Source of the DNA: a virus
Virus record (IMG/VR): IMGVR_UViG_3300043788_000134
Location: 1-64,000 of that record
Strand: one strand, 5' to 3'
DNA: 64,000 nt
The first letter of the stretch is position 1; each line of letters begins with the position of its first letter. This document shows, in pieces, positions 26,531 through 35,511 of this stretch. A model generated the notes under the pieces. The model was not told the DNA's origin. It did no database searches and saw only the letters and a program-made list of their open reading frames with translations. Made by a program: the position numbers and the translations under genes.

Positions 26531-26776
26531 TCACTCCGCCACAATCGGCGGTTCTTCACAAGATAGCGCATTTTGCGGGGAATTTCTAGCCTCGCCGAGA
26601 ATCGCGTCGTCCCGGCGCTTGCTTTCGGGGGTTCCCGGCACGTCGTAGTTCTGCCCGCTCGCACAAACGCGGCGACGCACAACGCCGCGGTCAAGTGACT
26701 CGCGGCGATCGGCGGCCCATTGCGCGCGCTCGGCGTCGGAGATGGGCAAAAGGCCTGAGTAAAATCGGTCAGCCAT
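26531..26776 (-). CDS. hypothetical protein
   Basis: ORF 26531-26842. Likely ATG 26776 (MADRFYSGLLPISDAERAQW...). Confidence 0.45.
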   Translation of the reverse strand: MADRFYSGLLPISDAERAQWAADRRESLDRGVVRRRVCASGQNYDVPGTPESKRRDDAILGEARNSPQNALSCEEPPIVAE

Positions 26777-27500
26777 ACGCTTTCTTCTTTTTCGGCTCCG
26801 TTGATGCACCCGCTCTATAAAACCAATTGCCGCCGCCGCCAAGGCGGAACTCGACGGCGCGCGCGGATCCGTTTACTGCCACATCATCGCGGCTGTAGTG
26901 GTGCCATTCGGCAAGCCCATGGTCACACCAAATCCACTTGTGGTCTCCGCTTATGCTCAAATGCCGGGGTTTGGGTAAAGGTTTCTTCCCGCCAGACTCT
27001 TTATGATTGTATTGGTTACTTGTTTCGGCGTGATATTCTTCAATCCCCAAAGGCAGTTGCGGCAATGGTTGGCCCGCTTTTTGGCCCGCTTTTTGGCCCG
27101 GTATGGCTTTGACTGCAGCCTGATAAACGTCGTATTTACAAATGGTTATCCTCGTTCTGGCATAGCCCGGAATAGGCCCGTTTATCGTACCGTTTTTTGG
27201 CCCGTTTTGCGCAGCGCCGAGCGAAACCATTGATTCTGCTGCTAATCTCTCAAGAAAACGATCCACTTTTGATTTGGTCCAGCGCCACGCTTTCGCCAGT
27301 TCGCGCCGAGTTATGCACAGTTGACCTCGCTCATTGTGCATAACTCCGAACTTGTTCCGCGTACCGGACCGCTTCCAGGCCGCGGCCTCAATCAGCCATT
27401 GCCAAGCTTCCAAACGGGACAGAGGACGATTTGTCTTGAACAAAGGATGATCGATAATCCCCCGCGCAATCGCCACATAACCGCGCTTAGTGGGCTTCAT
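26769..27500 (-). CDS. winged-helix/HTH replication-organiser-like protein
   Basis: ORF 26769-27575. ATG 27500 overlaps the upstream stop. The N-terminal YVAIARGIIDHPLF...RGQLCITRRELAKAW pattern is common in phage replication initiators. Contains GQKAGQKAGQ, a short tandem repeat. Confidence 0.5.
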   Translation of the reverse strand: MKPTKRGYVAIARGIIDHPLFKTNRPLSRLEAWQWLIEAAAWKRSGTRNKFGVMHNERGQLCITRRELAKAWRWTKSKVDRFLERLAAESMVSLGAAQNGPKNGTINGPIPGYARTRITICKYDVYQAAVKAIPGQKAGQKAGQPLPQLPLGIEEYHAETSNQYNHKESGGKKPLPKPRHLSISGDHKWIWCDHGLAEWHHYSRDDVAVNGSARAVEFRLGGGGNWFYRAGASTEPKKKKAYG

Positions 27501-27781
27501 TCCCCGCCCCTGCAGACCGGCGCCGCAGCTGCGCCGAGCCACACCGCGCCCTCCGGCGTGCGCCATTCGTGCCACGGGTTGGCGTGCGGCGGCATTACGG
27601 TGATTCGCATCATGCCGCAGAAATAGCAGGATTTAATGTTGCGGGCGTTGCCGTCGATCGCGTCGCAGGCAGCGATTCGCTTTTCGTTGTCGTGATCCCA
27701 CCGGTGGGAGCGCGCCATCGCCGGGATGATTGTGGGAAGGTCGTTGGAGGGGAGGAGTGTTTGAGTCATTGTGTGGGTCAC
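27497..27781 (-). CDS. hypothetical Cys/His-containing protein
   Basis: ORF track. Its GTG start is the GTG of element 27771-27810. An in-frame ATG lies 12 nt later. Confidence 0.5.
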   Translation of the reverse strand: MTHTMTQTLLPSNDLPTIIPAMARSHRWDHDNEKRIAACDAIDGNARNIKSCYFCGMMRITVMPPHANPWHEWRTPEGAVWLGAAAAPVCRGGE

Positions 27782-27810
27782 GAGAGGGAAGCGATTACGG
27801 TGCGGTCAAC
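27771..27810 (-). repeat. TGACC-box intergenic element, class A
   Basis: Reverse complement is GTTGACCGCACCGTAATCGCTTCCCTCTCGTGACCCACAC. Sense to 27497-27781. Confidence 0.85.
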
Positions 27811-27831
27811 CTTTGTTTGTTTGGTCGCCAT

Positions 27832-28080
27832 TCATGCGTGAGCGCGCTTAAGAACGGCACCAAACGTGTAGGGTGCCCCCTGGCACGGGAAATCCATTTG
27901 GCAGATAAGTCCAACGCCGCTTGGTCCGCTGCGCCATAAATCATTCCAAGTCGTTCCAATAGACTTGAGGTACTGTCCAACAGCGCAGTTATCCCTGTCA
28001 CGCCAACAATATTTTTTCTCCGGATTCTGTTTCTTGACCCAGGAAATGAAGCCTTTGTAACTCGGAGTTCTCTTTGCCAT
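27832..28080 (-). CDS. hypothetical protein (AT-richer)
   Basis: ORF track, 82 aa (MAKRTPSYKGFISWVKKQNPEKKYCW...). Confidence 0.5.
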   Translation of the reverse strand: MAKRTPSYKGFISWVKKQNPEKKYCWRDRDNCAVGQYLKSIGTTWNDLWRSGPSGVGLICQMDFPCQGAPYTFGAVLKRAHA

Positions 28081-28097
28081 AGTTTACTCTGCCGTTA

Positions 28098-28382
28098 TCA
28101 CCGACTCAAATGCGTTGGCGCGGGCCGCGCATCGCGTTGTGCTGAAACATCGTCCACACAAACCGCGCCGCTCGATCCAGTGAAAGATCGCGCCATCATT
28201 TCGCGCGCAAAGTGCGTCGGCGAAAACGGCGTATGGTCCTTGACGACGCCCTCGTGAAAACTTTCGAGCCCGGCGCGCTTCGCGGCGCGCATCGCTTCGG
28301 CGAAATTGTCGTCCATCTCGCGAACCTGCCTATAGGTGAAATAAGCGCCCTTGCCGCCGTCCCATCCGTCTTCGTCGTCCAT
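28098..28382 (-). CDS. hypothetical protein
   Basis: ORF track, 94 aa. GAGGAA RBS upstream of the ATG. Confidence 0.5.
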   Translation of the reverse strand: MDDEDGWDGGKGAYFTYRQVREMDDNFAEAMRAAKRAGLESFHEGVVKDHTPFSPTHFAREMMARSFTGSSGAVCVDDVSAQRDARPAPTHLSR

Positions 28383-28399
28383 CGTGTTTCCTCGTTGCT

Positions 28400-28690
28400 T
28401 TATGGCGTGAGTAGATTGCAGCGTTGGGTCATGCGAGCGGAGTGTGTGACGAGAGAATCATCGGTCACCGTCTCGCTTTGCACAGTCGCGGTTGACCGCA
28501 CCGTACCCACATATCCCTCGTGACCCAACTCTTTCTTCACGGCTTGGTCTAACTCCTTCCGCCACCGCATCACCCGCTCTCCCGCCGCAACGATAGTAGC
28601 ATGGCGCCCTTCGTAGCTCTTGGCGAATGCAACAAACAAATAATCAAACGACGCCTTTTCAAGCTCACGCTCGGCCTCTTGACGCCACAT
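28400..28690 (-). CDS. hypothetical protein; 3' end reads through two elements
   Basis: ORF 28400-28702 (MWRQEAERELEKASF...). The last ~45 codons are the translation of elements 28492-28530 and 28424-28470. Confidence 0.45.
   Translation of the reverse strand: MWRQEAERELEKASFDYLFVAFAKSYEGRHATIVAAGERVMRWRKELDQAVKKELGHEGYVGTVRSTATVQSETVTDDSLVTHSARMTQRCNLLTP
28424..28470 (-). repeat. TGACC-box intergenic element, class B1
   Basis: Reverse complement is GGTGACCGATGATTCTCTCGTCACACACTCCGCTCGCATGACCCAAC. Sense to 28098-28382. Confidence 0.85.
28492..28530 (+). repeat. TGACC-box intergenic element, class A (divergent middle)
   Basis: GTTGACCGCACCGTACCCACATATCCCTCGTGACCCAAC. Back-to-back with 28424-28470. 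Confidence 0.8.
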
Positions 28691-29909
28691 CGCTGTCTCC
28701 ACGGTTACGCACCAAAAAATCGGGAATGTCGATGACTTCGGAAAGGGACGAACCCGCGCCGTCGGGGTGAGTGGCTGGGGGAGGCTGAGACGGCGCGGGT
28801 TCTACCGCCACGGGGCTCTCATGATCCGCGGCGGGTTGGTGATTCTTCTTTTGAACGGGATGTTGCGTGAAACAATGGGTGTCATCGCCATAAGTAAGTC
28901 GCTCGCGCTGGCCGGGCGGAATCCAAAACGGCGGCTGCGGCGCGCGATCTTTCAACCAAACAAGCCAGCAGTAAGCGGTAGCCGTCGTTCCGTTTGGATT
29001 CCATTGGCCTTTGCAGAGATTGACGCGTTCAACAAAAAAAGCGCAAAGCGTCGGTGGCGTATCGCGAAATATCTGCTCGTAACGCTCGATTCCTTCGACC
29101 GCCCATTGCGATCTGAAAAACATCGCCACGTTGTCGGCCACGGTTAATGCACGATCGACGAATTGCAATGCTTTTTCGCGGAACGGAGGATTTGTTATGA
29201 CCCACTCTGTCGTTTTTCCGAGCTCAATTGGTTCGAGAAAATCTTTTACGGCCCCATACCCCCATTCGTATTTATCCGTCGCCGTGACGCGCTGGGAATA
29301 TTCGCACAAAACCTCTGCCATGTGCCCGAATCCGCACGCCGGCTCCCACACGAGGCGCAAAGGCAATTCGACTCCCAGATGCGGCAGCACGCATTCCATA
29401 AGCGCCCTGGTAGCCCACGGTGGAGTCGGGAAAAGATCGGCCGAATCGCCAGGCTCCAGACGGCTACCCATGATCGATCGTGCCCCCCCGACTTCGGTCG
29501 CATGATCGGCGGCGATATGCTCGCATTCAGCCGTTATCATAAGCTCAAAATCCCGTTCGGGAATTTCGGCGCGTTTTTTTGCCTTGGCCGCCAAAGTTTT
29601 ATCAACGCCAGCTTCCTCCAGCGTCGGCCGCGAAAAATCCTCACCATCGGATTTTTCTTTTTGACGCCCCTGCCGGAACAAGCCGGCTTTTTGCGCCTCT
29701 TGGATCACTTCGCCCAAGCGCCGTTCGGCGCGCATTTGAAACGCGGTGGCTTGGGCGAGCAAGACGTGGTCCTTGATCTGCTTCGCGCGCAGCTTGACAA
29801 GCTCAAATTCGTCCAAAAGCGGCAAAACCTCATCGATCTGTGTGGCTTCCGCGAGCGCGGCACAAGCGCGATCATATTGGGCAAGCGTCGTCACGCCACC
29901 GCCCCCCAA
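28665..29909 (-). CDS. DNA N6-adenine methyltransferase with N-terminal helical domain
   Basis: 414 aa. EPACGFGHM (SAM-binding motif I-like) followed by TNPPF (motif IV, N/DPP[FY]). Confidence 0.7.
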   Translation of the reverse strand: MGGGGVTTLAQYDRACAALAEATQIDEVLPLLDEFELVKLRAKQIKDHVLLAQATAFQMRAERRLGEVIQEAQKAGLFRQGRQKEKSDGEDFSRPTLEEAGVDKTLAAKAKKRAEIPERDFELMITAECEHIAADHATEVGGARSIMGSRLEPGDSADLFPTPPWATRALMECVLPHLGVELPLRLVWEPACGFGHMAEVLCEYSQRVTATDKYEWGYGAVKDFLEPIELGKTTEWVITNPPFREKALQFVDRALTVADNVAMFFRSQWAVEGIERYEQIFRDTPPTLCAFFVERVNLCKGQWNPNGTTATAYCWLVWLKDRAPQPPFWIPPGQRERLTYGDDTHCFTQHPVQKKNHQPAADHESPVAVEPAPSQPPPATHPDGAGSSLSEVIDIPDFLVRNRGDSDVASRGRA

Positions 29910-30268
29910 GGCAAAGTGCGGCGCACCATTTTCAGCGATTCGGGGTCGAGGTCGAATATCGGCCGGTGCGACCGCTCGAAAGCCTTGATTTCATAGGCAA
30001 TTCCGTCCGATTCATCCCACCCGTCCAAATGCGCCACGATCAGCACATCGCAACGGTCCATCATTAAGTCATTGAAAAGATACCATATTCCGAGGTCGAG
30101 CGGATCGAGATTACTGTGGGTCGAAATGGCGTGGCCGTGAACGATCGGCGAAAAGCATTTAACGCCGGATGCCACGAGCCGCGCGGTCAGCCGGCAGGCA
30201 TCGTAAAACGCAGCGTTAAGCCCGGCGCGGTATTTTGTGTAGGGGGTCCCAAGATAGGCCAGCGTCAT
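29891..30268 (-). CDS. DUF1937-like / nucleoside 2-deoxyribosyltransferase-like protein
   Basis: ORF 29891-30547. ATG 30268 overlaps the upstream stop (MTLAYLGTPYTKY...CFSPIVHGH...). The family call is from memory. Confidence 0.5.
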   Translation of the reverse strand: MTLAYLGTPYTKYRAGLNAAFYDACRLTARLVASGVKCFSPIVHGHAISTHSNLDPLDLGIWYLFNDLMMDRCDVLIVAHLDGWDESDGIAYEIKAFERSHRPIFDLDPESLKMVRRTLPWGAVA

Positions 30269-30510
30269 GATTGCCCCTCCAAAAGCTTGCCGAGGGCGGA
30301 CTGGGGCAGCGGCGGGTCGCCGAATAGCACCATGGCGCGGGTGAGAGGAACCGATTCGCGGCGCGCACGGTCGGCTAGAACTTCGGGAGGAGGTGGTTCT
30401 TGGGGGGTGGAACGGAGGAAATCGGGGGGGATATAGCGGTGTTGGGCGTTGACGCGGGCGCGATGTAACCGGCGCCGTTCGGCGGCTATGGCGGGAGGAA
30501 GCGGCATCAC
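30265..30510 (-). CDS. hypothetical protein
   Basis: ORF 30265-30522. Starts at GTG-ATG inside element 30501-30548 (VMPLPPAIAAERRRL...). Confidence 0.5.
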   Translation of the reverse strand: MMPLPPAIAAERRRLHRARVNAQHRYIPPDFLRSTPQEPPPPEVLADRARRESVPLTRAMVLFGDPPLPQSALGKLLEGQS

Positions 30511-30548
30511 GAGAGGCCCCACCGGCTGAGAGACCGGAATCGGTCACC
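30501..30548 (-). repeat. TGACC-box intergenic element, class B2
   Basis: Reverse complement is GGTGACCGATTCCGGTCTCTCAGCCGGTGGGGCCTCTCGTGATGCCGC. It contains the start of 30265-30510. Confidence 0.85.
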
Positions 30549-30565
30549 GTTGCGTCGGTACAGCA

Positions 30566-30775
30566 TCATTCGGCGGCCTCGAAAAACCAGGAATCGCGCC
30601 ATTTAAGTCCGCGAATCAAAGCTTCGGCGCGAATTCGGTCCATTTCATCGCGGCTAGGCTCGGCATCCCCGCTTTCCCACCGCGAAACGGTGGCTTGATT
30701 GACCAAGGCAATAGCCGCCATGGCGGCCTGCGAAATGTGGAAAACCTCCCGCCGTATGTATTCCATTGGGCGCAT
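30566..30775 (-). CDS. XRE-family HTH regulator (CI/Cro-like)
   Basis: 69 aa. ISQAAMAAIALVNQATVSRWESGDAEPS is a classic XRE helix-turn-helix. Divergent from the plus-strand early genes. Confidence 0.7.
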   Translation of the reverse strand: MRPMEYIRREVFHISQAAMAAIALVNQATVSRWESGDAEPSRDEMDRIRAEALIRGLKWRDSWFFEAAE

Positions 30776-30829
30776 AGCCCATTAAATGCACAGACGCATA
30801 GGGTTGGCAAGGTTCCGGTGGATCACGAA

Positions 30830-30840
30830 GTTGTGATAAT
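30830..30840 (-). repeat. isolated terminal half-motif of the TGACC-box element
   Basis: Minus strand reads CTTCGTGATCC, preceded by TTATTATCACAA. No GTGACCG end is present. It lies about 55 nt upstream of the repressor start. Confidence 0.4.
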
Positions 30841-30863
30841 AAGGCGGCTGTTTTATGTTGCTC

Positions 30864-30881
30864 CGCATAACAGGCTATGCG
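30864..30881. promoter_or_regulatory. candidate operator palindrome CGCATA-N6-TATGCG
   Basis: cgcataacaggctatgcg lies in the divergent intergenic region. Related CGCATAG half-sites occur at 30771 and 30795. Confidence 0.35.
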
Positions 30882-30912
30882 AGAGTGCATCATCGCACAA
30901 AGGGAGTAGCAG

Positions 30913-31272
30913 ATGGACCCCACCGAACACGATCCGGCACGCGAAGCTGCCGACGATTTCAAGGAACTCGCCCCGATGGGCAATTCTCCTGTCGCGCCGG
31001 CCCATGTTGTGGCCTCTATCGCCCTCAATATGGCGATGAAATACCACGACATGAGTATCGTGAAAGACGGCGCGCTTTACCAGCAATACAAGCTTGAAGG
31101 CAGGAATATCCGCACAATCGGTCTCGATGATATTTTTGCCGACGCCGTGAGGATCGAAGCATGGCTTCTCGGTTCGTCTGATCGTATCGCTAAACTCATT
31201 GTCGATGCCATCAACGACGGTCCCGAGGGCGACGAGTCATCCGGCGATTCGACTCCATCGGCCGAAGGTTGA
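30913..31272 (+). CDS. hypothetical early protein
   Basis: ORF track, 119 aa. GGGAG RBS. First plus-strand gene opposite the repressor. Confidence 0.55.
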   Translation: MDPTEHDPAREAADDFKELAPMGNSPVAPAHVVASIALNMAMKYHDMSIVKDGALYQQYKLEGRNIRTIGLDDIFADAVRIEAWLLGSSDRIAKLIVDAINDGPEGDESSGDSTPSAEG

Positions 31273-31307
31273 CCGCACCGTAATCACTCCGCCATCGTGA
31301 CCCAAAG
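31268..31307 (+). repeat. TGACC-box intergenic element, class A
   Basis: GTTGACCGCACCGTAATCACTCCGCCATCGTGACCCAAAG, followed by GGAG and ATG 31318. Sense. Confidence 0.85.
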
Positions 31308-31317
31308 GGAGCGCACC

Positions 31318-31746
31318 ATGTCCGACCTGTTAGGCAAATTCTTCCGCGATTTGGAAGGCACCTTCACCGCTATTCCACCATCGTCGAAACTGGCGTCGCC
31401 GACTTCCCAAAATCCGATCGCCAAGGCGCACTTCGCGATGATTCGCGAACTGGCGCGGATGCACGTTCCGCAGATCGGCGTCTCGCCGGAGCCGGAGGAA
31501 TTCGAGGATACCGCGGACTATCTGTTGCGGGTGGCGGCCGTGGTGGATGCGTTCGTGCGCGAGGTCGGCTTGGAAGTGAAGTGCAATGCGCTTTGTTTGG
31601 TGGACCTCAAGGATTTTGAAGGCGTGCTGCTCAATGGCATGGAAGGCTATTGCCTGGCGTCTATCGACCAGGCGGCCGAAGCGGCAAGAGAAGCGCAGAA
31701 CGAAGGCGACGCGGGAGATCGGCGGTACGACGAGGCGCGGTGGTAG
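31318..31746 (+). CDS. hypothetical protein (bracketed by inverted elements)
   Basis: ORF 31297-31746. ATG 31318 follows GGGAG. The element's GTG at 31297 is in frame upstream. Confidence 0.6.
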   Translation: MSDLLGKFFRDLEGTFTAIPPSSKLASPTSQNPIAKAHFAMIRELARMHVPQIGVSPEPEEFEDTADYLLRVAAVVDAFVREVGLEVKCNALCLVDLKDFEGVLLNGMEGYCLASIDQAAEAAREAQNEGDAGDRRYDEARW

Positions 31747-31747
31747 C

Positions 31748-31787
31748 CTTTGTGTCACGAAGCCGCAGGGATTCCGGTGCGGTCAAC
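31748..31787 (-). repeat. TGACC-box intergenic element, class A2
   Basis: Reverse complement is GTTGACCGCACCGGAATCCCTGCGGCTTCGTGACACAAAG. It starts 1 nt after the stop at 31746. Antisense. Confidence 0.85.
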
Positions 31788-31814
31788 CGAGGTTGTTTGT
31801 AATAGGAGCCGAGA

Positions 31815-32006
31815 GTGAAGATAGCGCAGGCAATTCAGATTTGGTTGCTGTTCGGTATTATAACAAGCATCAGCTATGTGAGCGCCGTTCAGCGATCTTG
31901 CGGTTTCTGGCCGCCTAGTGATCGGGTAATTATCGCTGCAGTGGCCGGTCCAATGTACGGCGTTGTGTTTGCCTTCGATCCTCCTATCGAGTGCAAAGGC
32001 ATGTAG
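31815..32006 (+). CDS. small membrane protein
   Basis: ORF track. GTG start after AGGAG. Hydrophobic segments IQIWLLFGIITSISYV and VIIAAVAGPMYGVVFAF. Confidence 0.45.
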   Translation: MKIAQAIQIWLLFGIITSISYVSAVQRSCGFWPPSDRVIIAAVAGPMYGVVFAFDPPIECKGM

Positions 32007-32044
32007 TGGAAGTGAACGCGATCCCTTCCAATAGGCAACGAAAC

Positions 32045-32236
32045 ATGAAACAACTTCATCCATTTTTATGCGGCATGATCGTTTTTTTGTTACTGTTATA
32101 TTTAGGGTGGATGCTTGCCAAGCTTCCTTCCCCGGCAGAAGATTTGCTTCATGCGCTTGTGTACGCCACGGCGGCTTGTGCGGTTGTTGCGTTAATTATT
32201 TTTTTGTCACTTTATACCTTTCGGAAAACAAAATAG
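32045..32236 (+). CDS. small membrane protein
   Basis: ORF 31991-32236. ATG 32045 (MKQLHPFLCGMIVFLLLLYLGWML...). Two hydrophobic helices. Confidence 0.5.
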   Translation: MKQLHPFLCGMIVFLLLLYLGWMLAKLPSPAEDLLHALVYATAACAVVALIIFLSLYTFRKTK

Positions 32237-32282
32237 GGTGACCGATGACCCTCTCCCCCTCACTCCCCTCTCGTGATCCAAC
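32237..32282 (+). repeat. TGACC-box intergenic element, class B1
   Basis: GGTGACCGATGACCCTCTCCCCCTCACTCCCCTCTCGTGATCCAAC. Its GTG at 32273 opens the long ORF 32273-33214. Confidence 0.85.
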
Positions 32283-32413
32283 GGACTTCTCTACCTCCTA
32301 CGAACTTCTATGGGCCTGTTTCCTATCGGGTCAAATCAACAGCCGCCAATGGAACGAACACTTGCAAGACGAACACTTCGCGGCGTGGGTCGAAAAACAG
32401 GAAGGTACGCGTC

Positions 32414-33214
32414 ATGCTTGAACAGAAATATACGCGCGCCGAGCAGGAAATGGCAGAACGCGACGCCTACCCCGACCGCTTTGCTACTGCAGGCCACAAC
32501 AATCCGCCTAACGCCATCGACTCCGCCCAGGAAGCGATGGCTGAGCTTGCCAAGTTTGCCGAGGACAATCCCGCCATTCAGTCTTTCGCCGAGGCCAAGC
32601 TTTACGCCGGCATGATCGAGCGCACGCGCGTTGCCATGCAGGATTTGGAGAACGAGCGCGAGCCGCAAGTGCGCCCGCTCAATGCGGCGCTTAAGGCCAT
32701 CAACGACCGCTATCGCTTGGTGCGCCAGCCCCTGGAGAAGCTTTACGATCTGGTCAAGGCGCGTCTGACCAAATACAACAACGCGGTGGAAGCGGCGCGT
32801 TTGAAGGAAGCGCAGCGGTTGCGCGAGGAAGCCGAAGCGGCCGAGCGCGCAGCCCGCAAAGCCGAAGCGCGTGAGAAAGATGCTATGGCGTGTGCCGACG
32901 TGGGCGAATGTACCGATGTTGGCGGCGCCATCGCGCAAGCCGACGTGGCATTCAAGGGCTATCAGAAAGCCGACCGCGCCGCGGCAACCGCCGAGCGCAA
33001 CGTGCCGGTGCGGATTGCGAGCGTCATGGGCGGCAAAAGCCTCTCCATGCGAACGACCGAAGTCTTTATCGTGGAGGATGCCTGTGCCGCCATTACCGCA
33101 ATGGGACTATCCGAAGCTGCGCGCCAACAGCTTATTAAGGACGCAAAGCGATTCCGCGAAGCTACTGGCGAACTGCCGGAAGGTATCACGTCGCGCTTTG
33201 AGCGGAGTTTTTAG
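32414..33214 (+). CDS. coiled-coil protein of unknown function
   Basis: ORF 32273-33214. ATG 32414 follows AGGAAGG (MLEQKYTRAEQE...). The alternative start is the in-frame GTG at 32273 in the element. Confidence 0.6.
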   Translation: MLEQKYTRAEQEMAERDAYPDRFATAGHNNPPNAIDSAQEAMAELAKFAEDNPAIQSFAEAKLYAGMIERTRVAMQDLENEREPQVRPLNAALKAINDRYRLVRQPLEKLYDLVKARLTKYNNAVEAARLKEAQRLREEAEAAERAARKAEAREKDAMACADVGECTDVGGAIAQADVAFKGYQKADRAAATAERNVPVRIASVMGGKSLSMRTTEVFIVEDACAAITAMGLSEAARQQLIKDAKRFREATGELPEGITSRFERSF

Positions 33215-33250
33215 GGGTCACGGAACCGCAGGGATTACGGTGCGGTCAAC
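33211..33250 (-). repeat. TGACC-box intergenic element, class A2
   Basis: Reverse complement is GTTGACCGCACCGTAATCCCTGCGGTTCCGTGACCCCTAA. It overlaps the stop codon of 32414-33214. Antisense. Confidence 0.85.
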
Positions 33251-33286
33251 CACGTCGGAACGAGCAAACATCGGAAGTGGACGTAA

Positions 33287-33499
33287 ATGACAACGCGTGA
33301 GAAACTGAGCAATTTGCAAATTGTCGTCATGCGCTCATTGGTGAAGCGCGGTGGCGCATACACGCCGATTTCGCTTTTAGCGTGGCAGCGAAGATCGACG
33401 TTGAATCTTTGGCATCGCGGCTTTGTCGAGATTTGGTATAAACAAGCAGCGGGGGGGCAGGGAATCGGCCACCCAATCTTTGCGCGGGCCATTTTATAG
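33287..33499 (+). CDS. hypothetical protein
   Basis: ORF track, 70 aa. Confidence 0.45.
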   Translation: MTTREKLSNLQIVVMRSLVKRGGAYTPISLLAWQRRSTLNLWHRGFVEIWYKQAAGGQGIGHPIFARAIL

Positions 33500-33580
33500 T
33501 TTAACCATCGCTGGCGCGGATTTGGCGCAGCGATTTATATACCGTGCGCCTCGGCGGTTCTCAGGGGCAGGAGAAACGAA

Positions 33581-33870
33581 GTGACCAGCCATCCTAATCG
33601 CGGCAACAAAGAATGTGCTGTACTTGTGACGACATCGCACCGAGGGGTATTCTTTGGCTACGCCAAAGATATTGAAGGCGACATCATCAAACTTCGCGCA
33701 GGCCGGAACTGCCTTTATTGGAGCAGCGACGTGAAGGGGTTCGCTGGCCTAGCGGCGACCGGACCGAGCCCATCATGTCGCGTTGGACCTGCGGTGGATA
33801 TCCAGCTTCGCGATATTACAAGCGTTTCTCTTGTCACCGCCGAGGCCGCAAAGGCATGGGAGGCGGCACC

Positions 33871-33880
<10 letters not shown>
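33581..33880 (+). CDS. hypothetical protein
   Basis: ORF track, 99 aa. GTG start after CAGGAG. Confidence 0.55.
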
Positions 33881-34566
<686 letters not shown>

Positions 34567-34586
34567 TCCTTTTATTGCAGCGAAAC

Positions 34587-34635
34587 GTTGACCGAATCCG
34601 GTAACGCCAACGGCACAACCTATCGTGATCCAGAG
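34587..34635 (+). repeat. TGACC-box intergenic element, class B2
   Basis: GTTGACCGAATCCGGTAACGCCAACGGCACAACCTATCGTGATCCAGAG, followed by a duplicated terminal motif AATGATCCAAAGGGAG and ATG 34660. Confidence 0.85.
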
Positions 34636-34659
34636 AATGATCCAAAGGGAGCACCAACC

Positions 34660-35091
34660 ATGACACAGACCGCAACCATTGAAGTGAAGCACGTCTATCC
34701 CCCGAAAGACGGCAAACAGTACGGTGCGATCCGCGGTGCCAACAACGATTCCTATCCGGTCAAGAAAGACCGCATCCACGAATTTATGCCGGGCAACCGC
34801 TACGAGATCGCATGGACCGAGGGCAATAACGGCTTCAAGAACATCATCGGCGTCAAGCCGCTCAATGTGCCGGCGCCGCAAGCGCAAGGAACATTTTCCG
34901 CCATTCCGCCGCAGACCAACGGCCACGCTCATGCGGCCACTCAAGTTTCCAAGTCGGAAGAAATCTTCGTCTGCGGCGGTCTCTATCGCGACATCGAAAG
35001 CAATCGCGTCGGCGCATCGGAAGATGAACTTGTCGAGCGCACGATTTTGTGGCGTAACGTGTGGCGTCGTGCGTTTATGGATGCGGTGTGA
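34660..35091 (+). CDS. hypothetical protein (bracketed by inverted elements)
   Basis: ORF 34588-35091. ATG 34660 follows AAGGGAG (MTQTATIEVKHVYPPKDGKQYG...). Confidence 0.6.
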   Translation: MTQTATIEVKHVYPPKDGKQYGAIRGANNDSYPVKKDRIHEFMPGNRYEIAWTEGNNGFKNIIGVKPLNVPAPQAQGTFSAIPPQTNGHAHAATQVSKSEEIFVCGGLYRDIESNRVGASEDELVERTILWRNVWRRAFMDAV

Positions 35092-35168
35092 TAAGCACCG
35101 CGTGACCTGCGGCGGCGGGATGGCGTGCTCCCCGCTGATGGCTCGCCGCCGCAGGAGCTTAGGAAAGC

Positions 35169-35207
35169 GATGGGTCACGAGAGGGGAGGGATTACGGTGC
35201 GGTCAAC
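35169..35207 (-). repeat. TGACC-box intergenic element, class A
   Basis: Reverse complement is GTTGACCGCACCGTAATCCCTCCCCTCTCGTGACCCATC. Antisense, 78 nt after the stop at 35091. Confidence 0.85.
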
Positions 35208-35229
35208 GGATCATCTTAAAGACCGCTGA

Positions 35230-35511
35230 ATGAGGACAACAATGTATACTTGGGGTACAGAGAAGGATGGCCACGCTTACCTTAGCGATGAATGGCTGCG
35301 CACTCTTGATAATAGTTCTCTTGATCCGTGCCCCGCAGCGGCCGAAGAAATAAGGTATCTGCGAGCGAGCAATGACAACTTGCGCCGGATGCTAAAAACT
35401 ATGGTTCGCGGTTGGAAATATGCCGACCTCACAGAGTCAGAATTTATTGACGCTTGGGGGGCGTGTGGTGGAATCGACACACTACCTCCCACAGAGGGCG
35501 GTGAAAAATGA
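35230..35511 (+). CDS. hypothetical protein
   Basis: ORF track, 93 aa. Confidence 0.5.
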   Translation: MRTTMYTWGTEKDGHAYLSDEWLRTLDNSSLDPCPAAAEEIRYLRASNDNLRRMLKTMVRGWKYADLTESEFIDAWGACGGIDTLPPTEGGEK

